Shown here piece by piece: positions 55,967 through 63,605 of a DNA stretch of 64,000 nucleotides. Under the pieces are notes generated by a model. The model did no database searches. It saw only the letters and a list, made by a program, of their open reading frames with translations, and was not told where the DNA came from. This stretch comes from a virus, in the IMG/VR virus record IMGVR_UViG_3300027832_000016, positions 3,802 to 67,801 of that record. One strand, written 5' to 3'. Positions within the stretch are counted from its first letter, which is position 1. Every line of letters starts with the position of its first letter. The position numbers and the translations under genes are program-made.

Positions 55967-56249
55967 TAAGCGCGGTGCTGGGCGGTACTATCACGTTCGG
56001 ATCGCAGACACGGTTGAGCAGCATAATACTATTCGCCCAAGAGTAGGTAGCAAACTCCACTTTAGAGATTTCACAGAGTCCAAAGAGTCTGGGAGTCAAT
56101 GGACGGTGCGCTTTATGAACCGTGTGGGGAGTAAGGCGGATGGCACATACCGCGAACAGCCATCTATTTCGCCCTATGAAAGAGAATGGGAAGCAAGGGC
56201 CCACTCTGATAAACTGAATGAAGAGTTTAACCCTAAGGAGCAATCATAA
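55959..56249 (+). CDS. Hypothetical protein
   Basis: In operon. Confidence 0.65.
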   Translation: MTDKRGAGRYYHVRIADTVEQHNTIRPRVGSKLHFRDFTESKESGSQWTVRFMNRVGSKADGTYREQPSISPYEREWEARAHSDKLNEEFNPKEQS

Positions 56250-56500
56250 TGGCTAGAGGAAAAGACACCCGTAATCATCCAAACCGTCAGGTTGGGAGAC
56301 CAAACCCATCTAATTCTGGTGGTGTTTCAAGCGGAACATATTTGGGAAATGTAGGAGACACTCATATGTTTTCTGCCGAAAGCACTGGTGGTGGAGAAAC
56401 AGATTCACATTCTTTCAACTCCCCCAAAGGGTACACCGCCACCTACAATCGCGGGCAAAAGTATGCATGGAGCACCGGCAGCAAGAATATGCCCGTTTAA
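56249..56500 (+). CDS. Small disordered protein (MARGKDTRNHPNRQVGR start)
   Basis: AAGGAG RBS, TAATG coupling. Confidence 0.75.
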   Translation: MARGKDTRNHPNRQVGRPNPSNSGGVSSGTYLGNVGDTHMFSAESTGGGETDSHSFNSPKGYTATYNRGQKYAWSTGSKNMPV

Positions 56501-56730
56501 TGCCTACTAATCATCGCGGACAAGTAATCGCTGGGCCGTTAGCCAATGACGACTTAGACCCATCACGATGGGGAGAGCGTGTGCCCTCTGACAACCCCAA
56601 TGCTGCTGCTGTGTGGGGCGCAAAAGATGTAGATGACAAGCACACAGCCTTCGTCAAGAGTATGTCTGATGTGGACTCTCTAAAGAAACGCGCCGCTAAA
56701 GATGACGGTTTGAGGAAGAAGAAGAAGTAA
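56500..56730 (+). CDS. Small protein with MPxNHRG leader (copy 3)
   Basis: MPTNHRGQVIAGPLAN; TAATG coupling fixes the start at 56500. Confidence 0.8.
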   Translation: MPTNHRGQVIAGPLANDDLDPSRWGERVPSDNPNAAAVWGAKDVDDKHTAFVKSMSDVDSLKKRAAKDDGLRKKKK

Positions 56731-57053
56731 TGCCTACGGTTGACAACCACCGCACTCGCAGACCGTGGCAGTCACGCGAAGAGATGCTGGTGGACATCGC
56801 CCTCGATTCAGCCGTCTCTGACCCAAAGACTATTAGGGAAATTCGCCCAGTGGTTCCTCAGCAACTGATGCCTGAAAGACGTGGGTTCATTAAGCAGGAG
56901 TTAGGCGTGATGGATATCTTATCCATTGATAGGAGCGCCCCGACCTATCGTTCTTGGATATCAGGTGCTCCTGTTATGTTCCAAAGGGCACAGATGAATG
57001 ACGATCAGTTTAGTGGTTCTGGAAGATACTCGATGCAAAGTTTATGGGTATAA
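56730..57053 (+). CDS. Hypothetical protein
   Basis: TAATG coupling; NHR-x-RRPWQSREEML. Confidence 0.75.
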   Translation: MPTVDNHRTRRPWQSREEMLVDIALDSAVSDPKTIREIRPVVPQQLMPERRGFIKQELGVMDILSIDRSAPTYRSWISGAPVMFQRAQMNDDQFSGSGRYSMQSLWV

Positions 57054-57060
57054 TTAGGGT

Positions 57061-57861
57061 ATGACAAACCGATTTGGTGGCGTGGGCATGACCCCGTTGA
57101 GCAACACCACGGGCCGTAACCCTCGCCAGCAAGCACCTGCCGCCTCAGCACCCCAATTCAGCGCTGGCTCGTCTGGTGCTGGTGGTAAGGACTTCTCTGC
57201 GCCTGCGTATCCTCATGGTGGGGGTATATTAGATATGTTAAACAGAAGCCCCTTAGCATATATGACTGGAATGGCCCCATACCAGTTGAGTAACGAACTC
57301 AACAGTCGTGGTAACTGGTCAAGTCTTCAACAAAGTGGTGGCCGTGGTGGTGGTACTCGTTCTAGTGGTGGTACTCGTTCTAGTGGTGGTACTGATAGTG
57401 GGGAGTACGACGACTCAGCAGGGGGTAACAACAGCCGTAATATCACCGTCAACTTTGGGGATGACAAGCAGAGCGCGTATGATAATCAGAGCGTTGATGC
57501 CAGTAATATTGGTAATGTCACCCAAAAGCAAGAAGTAGGCGCTCCCGTTGCTCCTGCTAAACCTCGTGCACCCCGAGCCGGACGTACTGACGAGCAAAAG
57601 GTAAAAAGAGCCGCTGGAGATGCCGCAAGAAGAGCAGCAGGGGTTCCCGCTAGTAACGTAGGCAACATCACTCAGACCCAAAAAGGTGCTCGTGGGGCGT
57701 CTGAACAAACGCAAACAGCAACCAATAACTCCGCAAATGCTATTGGGGCAGGAGCCTCGGCTAGTGGTGGTATGAACAGTAACAACAACCCAGCCCCTAC
57801 TCTTGGTGCTGGTGTTACTCAGACCATTGATAAGAGACTAAGAATTGGCCCAGGCAGATAA
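57061..57861 (+). CDS. Disordered Gly/Asn/Ser/Gln-rich protein
   Basis: Low complexity; shares an N-rich motif with 54048..55649. Confidence 0.75.
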   Translation: MTNRFGGVGMTPLSNTTGRNPRQQAPAASAPQFSAGSSGAGGKDFSAPAYPHGGGILDMLNRSPLAYMTGMAPYQLSNELNSRGNWSSLQQSGGRGGGTRSSGGTRSSGGTDSGEYDDSAGGNNSRNITVNFGDDKQSAYDNQSVDASNIGNVTQKQEVGAPVAPAKPRAPRAGRTDEQKVKRAAGDAARRAAGVPASNVGNITQTQKGARGASEQTQTATNNSANAIGAGASASGGMNSNNNPAPTLGAGVTQTIDKRLRIGPGR

Positions 57862-57895
57862 TTTCCCATTAACCGCAACATGCTAGGATATACAC

Positions 57896-58099
57896 ATGGC
57901 TGTAAATGACTCACGTTCCCAGAACAAAGACCTACGAGCAGGGATTACTGACGGTTCGTTTAAGAACCTAACCCCAGATCGTGGTGGTGTAGTGGAAGAC
58001 AACACGTCTATTCACCGCAACATGGTCCTGCAAGGGCAATATGGTGTGACACCCCGTAGTCCGCTTGCTGAGGTAGCAAACCCCGTAATCGCTCTTTAA
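57896..58099 (+). CDS. Small hypothetical protein
   Basis: Leaderless-type promoter upstream. Confidence 0.7.
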   Translation: MAVNDSRSQNKDLRAGITDGSFKNLTPDRGGVVEDNTSIHRNMVLQGQYGVTPRSPLAEVANPVIAL

Positions 58100-58109
58100 G
58101 GAACACCTT

Positions 58110-58493
58110 ATGGGTGAACTCGTTGACATGGAGGCGTTTCGCCAGAAGAAGCAAGAGAAGCAGAGGGCTGCTCACCCTTCTCAGTCTTCACCCCCGACAC
58201 CCTCCCCTATTTCACATTTCCCCAGACGACTCCCTCCTACTAATGTTGTTGAAACTGCTAAAGGTGAGTTAGACGCAAGATTACGCTCTGAGGGGCACTA
58301 TGGGATACTGCTGCAAATGAGTGACCCTGAGGTGCATGACATGGGGCACAAATTGGGGCATATTGGGCATCCAAGTCTTACAGCACACGGAGTTCAAAAT
58401 CCTGACTATAATGAAGTTCGTTGGAAGATAGCCCAAGATCCAGTTTTTCACAGGATAACTAAAGAGTTCTTGGAAAAACCAAAGAAACCATAA
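58110..58493 (+). CDS. Hypothetical protein
   Basis: AAGGA RBS; ELVDMEAFRQKK...RAAHPS. Confidence 0.7.
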   Translation: MGELVDMEAFRQKKQEKQRAAHPSQSSPPTPSPISHFPRRLPPTNVVETAKGELDARLRSEGHYGILLQMSDPEVHDMGHKLGHIGHPSLTAHGVQNPDYNEVRWKIAQDPVFHRITKEFLEKPKKP

Positions 58494-58534
58494 GGAATAA
58501 GCAAGTAAAGGCCCACAAAGGAAAGTAGCACAAA

Positions 58535-58990
58535 ATGCCTAGATTGTTAGTTTGTCACAACTGCTCAACAATGATGAAGATGCGAGATTATGACGGGGAT
58601 GTCCAGTACGACATGGAACTCCAAGAAGTCATCAAGATGCACCTACAAAGGGCGCAGGATCAAAGACCAGAATCGCACCTCTCACAAATAATGCGCCTAG
58701 ATCAGGCAACTTATGATGCTATGGATGGAGAGACTGGCATCAGAAAAGAACTCATGAAGAATGAGGTCGAAGTCCGTCACATGCGTGATGACCTAAAGGT
58801 TGAGGCTATCAAATGCTTCCACAGACATAGTGACCCCAAAAATGGGTGTATTGATTACGAGCACGAGAGTAAGACCATTGGGACAAAGATAGGTATCCCA
58901 AAAGAGAAAAGACAGTACTTGTGTCATTACTGCCCCGTACAGGCATACGTGACCCATAAGGTACGCACAATAAAAGGGATGTACGACTGA
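58535..58990 (+). CDS. Cys/His metal-binding hypothetical protein
   Basis: CHNC...H; CF-RH-P-x2-GC-DY; YLCHYCP. Confidence 0.75.
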   Translation: MPRLLVCHNCSTMMKMRDYDGDVQYDMELQEVIKMHLQRAQDQRPESHLSQIMRLDQATYDAMDGETGIRKELMKNEVEVRHMRDDLKVEAIKCFHRHSDPKNGCIDYEHESKTIGTKIGIPKEKRQYLCHYCPVQAYVTHKVRTIKGMYD

Positions 58991-59475
58991 TGTTAGTTGT
59001 CACCTTTGATGTCTTAGCCTACGCCCAAACGGAGCAGGCGATGGCCCCAGGAGCACGTCAGCCTATCCCAGAGGGACAGAAACTCTATGAAGCCTTATAC
59101 GCTAGGTATTCTGGAAGAATGGTCATCCTCGCGGATGACGGTTTATCCGAAGAGATACTCTCAGCGTGGGCAAAAAGAGAAGGATTTAAGCATGCCGCTG
59201 TCTACACAACCACTGGGAAAGGCCCAGAGGCTATGCGGGATAAGGTTAGAGACTTAAACGCGGTGTATGGAAAGATTGACTGGTTTGTTGATACAAACCC
59301 AGAGACAGTAACACTAGTGATGAAGGACGCAGTGGCTTGCATACTAATGTGCTTGCCACAATTTGTACGACCTGAATGGCGAAATGATAAGCCTAGAGAA
59401 AGACAAGTTTGGGCTGAATTAACACGAGAACTTGATGTTCAATCCTTGTACCGAGGGACACCAAAAGACGAATGA
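58990..59475 (+). CDS. Degenerate HAD-superfamily protein
   Basis: VVTFDVLA, PIPEG-x2-LY, WFVDTNP. Confidence 0.55.
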   Translation: MLVVTFDVLAYAQTEQAMAPGARQPIPEGQKLYEALYARYSGRMVILADDGLSEEILSAWAKREGFKHAAVYTTTGKGPEAMRDKVRDLNAVYGKIDWFVDTNPETVTLVMKDAVACILMCLPQFVRPEWRNDKPRERQVWAELTRELDVQSLYRGTPKDE

Positions 59476-60908
59476 AAGTTTACTTTGCTAACGCCGAAAA
59501 GTCGTCCCACAGAACCTTACTCCAATCTGCGGGGGTTACTCGTTTTGCAATAAACCTAACCCATTTGCCAATCCCTAAAAAGAAAGAGTTAGACCTAACT
59601 ACCCTGTTTGCTGGTGGGGAAATCGCCCTGTACACATCAGAAACAGATGAAGATGTAAACAGGTACGACGCCTTCATCAGACAGCATTATGAGCAACTTA
59701 CCTATATTGTTGGCCGCGCTGACTACGATGGAACATGGCTAAATGAACGATATGTACCTCTCTGGAATGACGCAGATGACATGGAAAGACTGGCGTGGCT
59801 ATGCCAGAAGCACGGTAGGGCGGCGGTAAGTGATAAGGCCGTAAACGGGAAGACCATCTCTCGTATAAGGAATTTAGTCAGTCGGTGGGACGCCAAACTA
59901 GTTGGCCTGTCATCTAAGCCTGACATTATCGAGGCGCTCCCTTGGGACTCAGTAATCGTTAGTTCTTGGACATCTGCTATCCGTTATGGGGAGACCCAGA
60001 TATGGGATGGTCACGCCTTGCGTAGGTACCCCGCCCAGCAAAAAGACTCATCTAGGAAGAAGCATAGGGCTGACATTTTAAGGTTAGGTATTGATTACGA
60101 TGCCATCATTCAAGACGATAATGCTGAGGTAGCCAAGTTAGCAATCGTGTCGTGGCGGGCTTGGGAGAGCACAACTTTTGGGGTCTATGAGCCTTCGGAA
60201 GTGGACGATGAGGAAGAAATAGGTCTATCTCAAAATGGGCTTAATAGTAACTATTTAGGTATTTCGACTATTGTTCCAAACGCGGCTTTGCCACCCCTTG
60301 GAATTGCTATTAACCCTCTAGACATGCGGCACGAAAGGGAAAGAGTATTACTACCAGTCATGGGTATCGAGCAATTCACCCCACAACTTGCTGAAAGGCT
60401 TGCTGGTGCTGAGGATTCTGACGAAATGGGTATTGAAAAGGTACCCGTAATCTCATACAAAGGAGACCTTTTAAGGCAATGTAATAGTTGCTATTTAAGT
60501 GCTAGGTGCCCTGCATTCAAGGAAGATTCTTCTTGCGCTTTTAAGTTGCCTGTAGAAATCAGAACTAAAGACCAGTTGCTCGGTGCAATGAGGGCTATGT
60601 TGGAGATGCAAACAAGCAGAATCTTATTCGCCCGCTTCGCTGAAGAACTAGAAGGACAAGGATTAGACCCAGAGTTATCTGGTGAGATAGAGAGGCTGTT
60701 CTCTCTGATCGAGAAGTTTAAAGACATAGGCGACACAAGAGACATGGTCAAACTAAGCGTTGAGGCCAGAAGCAGTAGCGGTGTACTTAGCAGGCTCTTC
60801 GGCCAGCACGTGGGCGATAGCGCCCGACAACTGCCTAGCGGTGGTCTAGGCCCGCGACAATCAGACTCCATGTATATGGATGTACTTAACCTAGATGAAG
60901 GGATTTGA
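59472..60908 (+). CDS. TGT/DpdA-like TIM-barrel domain fused to a Cys-cluster domain
   Basis: MKVYFA start, PWDSV-x2-SSW-x4-RYG; C-terminal CNSC-x5-CP-x7-C. Confidence 0.5.
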   Translation: MKVYFANAEKSSHRTLLQSAGVTRFAINLTHLPIPKKKELDLTTLFAGGEIALYTSETDEDVNRYDAFIRQHYEQLTYIVGRADYDGTWLNERYVPLWNDADDMERLAWLCQKHGRAAVSDKAVNGKTISRIRNLVSRWDAKLVGLSSKPDIIEALPWDSVIVSSWTSAIRYGETQIWDGHALRRYPAQQKDSSRKKHRADILRLGIDYDAIIQDDNAEVAKLAIVSWRAWESTTFGVYEPSEVDDEEEIGLSQNGLNSNYLGISTIVPNAALPPLGIAINPLDMRHERERVLLPVMGIEQFTPQLAERLAGAEDSDEMGIEKVPVISYKGDLLRQCNSCYLSARCPAFKEDSSCAFKLPVEIRTKDQLLGAMRAMLEMQTSRILFARFAEELEGQGLDPELSGEIERLFSLIEKFKDIGDTRDMVKLSVEARSSSGVLSRLFGQHVGDSARQLPSGGLGPRQSDSMYMDVLNLDEGI

Positions 60909-60934
60909 CAACCCTATGCCGAGCATGGTACCAT
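60905..60934 (+). promoter_or_regulatory. Sigma70-type promoter
   Basis: TTGACA-18 bp-TACCAT with extended -10 TG. Confidence 0.6.
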
Positions 60935-60942
60935 TTATAGTA

Positions 60943-61149
60943 ATGGAAACTTTTGAAGTCGCATACTACCAGTCCTTGGCTAGTGATTTGACTAGTGCCA
61001 ATGAGAAGATCACCGAGCACCGCGATTTACTGGTGTCTGAATTGACATCAAGCGTGTTGGAATGTGGTGACTTAAAGGCTGAGATATCCCGCCTCCACAG
61101 CACAATTGATCGTCTCCAGATCGCCGTGTCCCAGGGCAGCACCTTCTAA
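60943..61149 (+). CDS. Small coiled-coil protein
   Basis: ATG just downstream of the promoter. Confidence 0.6.
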   Translation: METFEVAYYQSLASDLTSANEKITEHRDLLVSELTSSVLECGDLKAEISRLHSTIDRLQIAVSQGSTF

Positions 61150-61190
61150 ATCTGTAGTAGGGTCGTGGGAACGACGAACCACAGGTAGGT

Positions 61191-61289
61191 ATGAATATGG
61201 GTGTTATTTGGGCATTAAGAGTGTTGGGGATTGTTGTATTAATTTGCGCTTATCTGGTTGCTCGTAGTACTATGAACAGGTCAGAGTAA
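61191..61289 (+). CDS. Small single-TM peptide (32 aa)
   Basis: AGGT RBS, hydrophobic helix, TAATG coupling. Confidence 0.45.
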   Translation: MNMGVIWALRVLGIVVLICAYLVARSTMNRSE

Positions 61290-61717
61290 TGGGAGCATTT
61301 TACTTACGAAATTACTCTGAAGATATTGAGAAGAAAGGCGCGAATAAGGAGTTTCTTAGATCCCTTGCTCACCTACTCCTACCTCATGTGTACATCACAA
61401 GCCCTACCACAACCACTGATTCAACACAAGACTACAATGAGGTTATAAAGGTTGCTAACAAACTCTATACAACTGGCGTATGTGTACCTATACTCCCAAA
61501 CCCACAACCACAGTGGGCTGGGGCGTATGAGCACACCACGGAGTTTTGGATGGAATACAATCTGCAAATACTAAGTCGATGCAATGCTGTGTTTAACCCC
61601 AATAAGAGGTCAGCAACAGCAAAGTTAGAGGTAGTAGAAGCAGAGCGTTTGGAACTTCAAGTATTTACCTCGGTAAGCAGTCTAAAAGATTGGGTCACTA
61701 CTTTAAACGAGGATTAA
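61289..61717 (+). CDS. Nucleoside deoxyribosyltransferase-like (DUF1937/DUF4406-type)
   Basis: VYITSP, P-x-P, W-x7-LSRCNAV, S-x2-A-x2-E-x3-A pattern. Confidence 0.6.
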   Translation: MGAFYLRNYSEDIEKKGANKEFLRSLAHLLLPHVYITSPTTTTDSTQDYNEVIKVANKLYTTGVCVPILPNPQPQWAGAYEHTTEFWMEYNLQILSRCNAVFNPNKRSATAKLEVVEAERLELQVFTSVSSLKDWVTTLNED

Positions 61718-62022
61718 TGTCATCAGCGAGATACGGCCACCCAATGTTCTTTTCCATCTTGGAAGAACTAGCAAACGTTCATGAGAAAAAAGGTTCAGAT
61801 TACGGAAGTGCGGATGACCCACTAGCGAATGTGCGGGCATCACAGGAATGGGGTGTTGCCAGTTGGATTGGCACACTTATTCGCGCCAACGACAAAGTTA
61901 TTCGCCTACAACACGCCGCTAAAGGAAGCACCCTCAAGAACGAAGGTATAGAGGACTCCCTGCTGGATCTCGCATCCTACGCAATCATTGCGTTGGTGTT
62001 GTACCGTGAGGAAAATTCCTAA
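61717..62022 (+). CDS. Nucleotide-modification-associated all-alpha NTP pyrophosphohydrolase-like (Nmad1/DUF1599)
   Basis: KK-x2-DYG, DK-x2-RL, E-IEDSLLDLA-YAII. Confidence 0.8.
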   Translation: MSSARYGHPMFFSILEELANVHEKKGSDYGSADDPLANVRASQEWGVASWIGTLIRANDKVIRLQHAAKGSTLKNEGIEDSLLDLASYAIIALVLYREENS

Positions 62023-62429
62023 TGGAGAGCCTTCCTTGGGCCGAGAAAGCATTGTGTAGAAATAAAGCCCAAGACCTTTGGTACCCACCAATGGATTCCA
62101 CAACTCCTGAAAAGTATCATGTGATAGCCAAGAAAGTCTGTAGTGTTTGCCCAGTGTGGGATTATTGTTTAGATCTCGGTAAAAAAGAAATGTATGGAGT
62201 ATGGGGCGGGCTGGCACCACAGGAGAGACTTCAAATGCAGAGGAATAAAGGGCTCGCCCAACTAGCACCACATGGAACTATGGAAAGATCAAGACAAGGC
62301 TGTGACTGTGATGCGTGTAATGATTTTGCGCCAAATCTAGATAATAAAATAAATATAAGCGTGATCCCCCATGATAATAAGGACTTGGCTGATCTTGAGG
62401 AGTTGCTTATCTTGGTATGTGGGGTATAA
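62022..62429 (+). CDS. whiB: WhiB-family Fe-S transcription factor with an extra C-terminal Cys domain
   Basis: W-x3-ALC, AK-VC-x-CPV-x3-CL, GVWGG-x4-ER; HGT...GCDCDAC. Confidence 0.9.
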   Translation: MESLPWAEKALCRNKAQDLWYPPMDSTTPEKYHVIAKKVCSVCPVWDYCLDLGKKEMYGVWGGLAPQERLQMQRNKGLAQLAPHGTMERSRQGCDCDACNDFAPNLDNKINISVIPHDNKDLADLEELLILVCGV

Positions 62430-62457
62430 TAGAGGTGTGGCTCTAGCAAGGTCACAC

Positions 62458-62487
62458 GCCCCTTATCCCTTAAGGGGCTTTTGCTTT
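62458..62487 (+). terminator. Intrinsic terminator
   Basis: GCCCCTTA-tccct-TAAGGGGC followed by TTTTGCTTT. Confidence 0.7.
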
Positions 62488-62512
62488 ATATCCTCTAAGT
62501 TCAAGGAGACAT

Positions 62513-62932
62513 ATGCTCAGATTAACAACGATATTTACTGTGGTTGCTTTAAGTCTAGGAGTGCCAGCAGCAGCAGCAGCAGCACATCAACCAAGTCACG
62601 GGGAACCTAAGCGTTGTCAAGCCTTTGAACAAGTTTTTAAGGCTTATGGCCTTGAGCCAGTGCGCACCTTCTCCTACATTGCCTACAGAGAAAGTCGTTG
62701 CCGTATAAAGGCCATAAACATCATCTGGGACAAGCAGGGGAACGTGGTCTGGGCGCTGAACAAGAACGGGTCATATGACTCTGGTTTGCTCCAAGTGAAC
62801 AGCAGTTGGAAAACAGTGACTCGGAAGGTCTGCGGCGGCGATCTGGCTCTGCTGCTGACACTTGACTGCAACCTGAAGGTGGCGAAGTACCTGTTAGACA
62901 ATGGCGGGCTCGACCACTGGAATATGGGTTAA
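62513..62932 (+). CDS. Secreted lytic transglycosylase (SLT/lysozyme-like)
   Basis: Signal peptide; IAYRESRC, NGSYDSGLLQVN, N-x3-A-x-L, G-x2-HW. Confidence 0.85.
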   Translation: MLRLTTIFTVVALSLGVPAAAAAAHQPSHGEPKRCQAFEQVFKAYGLEPVRTFSYIAYRESRCRIKAINIIWDKQGNVVWALNKNGSYDSGLLQVNSSWKTVTRKVCGGDLALLLTLDCNLKVAKYLLDNGGLDHWNMG

Positions 62933-62951
62933 AAGAAATCCCAGAATAGAG

Positions 62952-62981
62952 TTGCCAAAGCCAACCCGTTAGGTGTATGGT
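62952..62981 (+). promoter_or_regulatory. Sigma70-type promoter
   Basis: TTGCCA-18 bp-TATGGT. Confidence 0.45.
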
Positions 62982-63006
62982 AGGTCTCCTAACAAGGGAG
63001 ATTGAG

Positions 63007-63339
63007 GTGACCTACGACAGCATCACACCACTAAACAACCAGTGGGTGAACAAGACGGTTAGTGAAGGAACTTTGCGCACTCAGGATTTAATAAGTTCTA
63101 TGCTTGGTGTGCTTGAACACACAAGACACCAGATGTACAACAGGGTAGTCATCGAGTGGGTAGATGTTCTTAACAGTATGTTCGAGGACAACGGACAACG
63201 AGATTCTGAGCAAGAGACACTTTTACATGACCACCTATTTGAGTTACTCGACAGTCTTGCGCCAACCGACTGTGTCTTTGGCGCTTCTGAGGGTGATGGC
63301 GCTTGCTTCGGTTTCTGGGAAGTAGCAAAGAGCCTATGA
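63007..63339 (+). CDS. Hypothetical protein
   Basis: GGGAG RBS, GTG start; SEGTLR-x2-DLI and FGA-EGDGACFGFW motifs. Confidence 0.7.
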   Translation: MTYDSITPLNNQWVNKTVSEGTLRTQDLISSMLGVLEHTRHQMYNRVVIEWVDVLNSMFEDNGQRDSEQETLLHDHLFELLDSLAPTDCVFGASEGDGACFGFWEVAKSL

Positions 63340-63605
63340 ACTTTTATACTTTGCGCAAGATCTATCAGAACAATCGCATGTGGGGCGACGGGGTACTAGA
63401 AGCCGCATGGTACGCATTGCGCGGAAAGACGTTTGGAACGGAGTGGCGTGTGCGCTACGACGATTCTAAACGCCCCATCAATCACGACGACTGGTTGGAT
63501 GATGAGGGTTATGACGACTTTAGAAGGGAACAAAACCAAGAAGGTTGGTGGTTCTCAGATGGCCTAAAACGACTAAACGACCAACAATCGGGAGACAGCG
63601 AATGA
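63336..63605 (+). CDS. Hypothetical protein
   Basis: ATGA coupling. Confidence 0.65.
   Translation: MNFYTLRKIYQNNRMWGDGVLEAAWYALRGKTFGTEWRVRYDDSKRPINHDDWLDDEGYDDFRREQNQEGWWFSDGLKRLNDQQSGDSE

Noticed and set aside
52422-58493. Pup (prokaryotic ubiquitin-like) mimics to pair with the proteasome-like protease
   Set aside because: None of the small disordered proteins ends in GGE/GGQ
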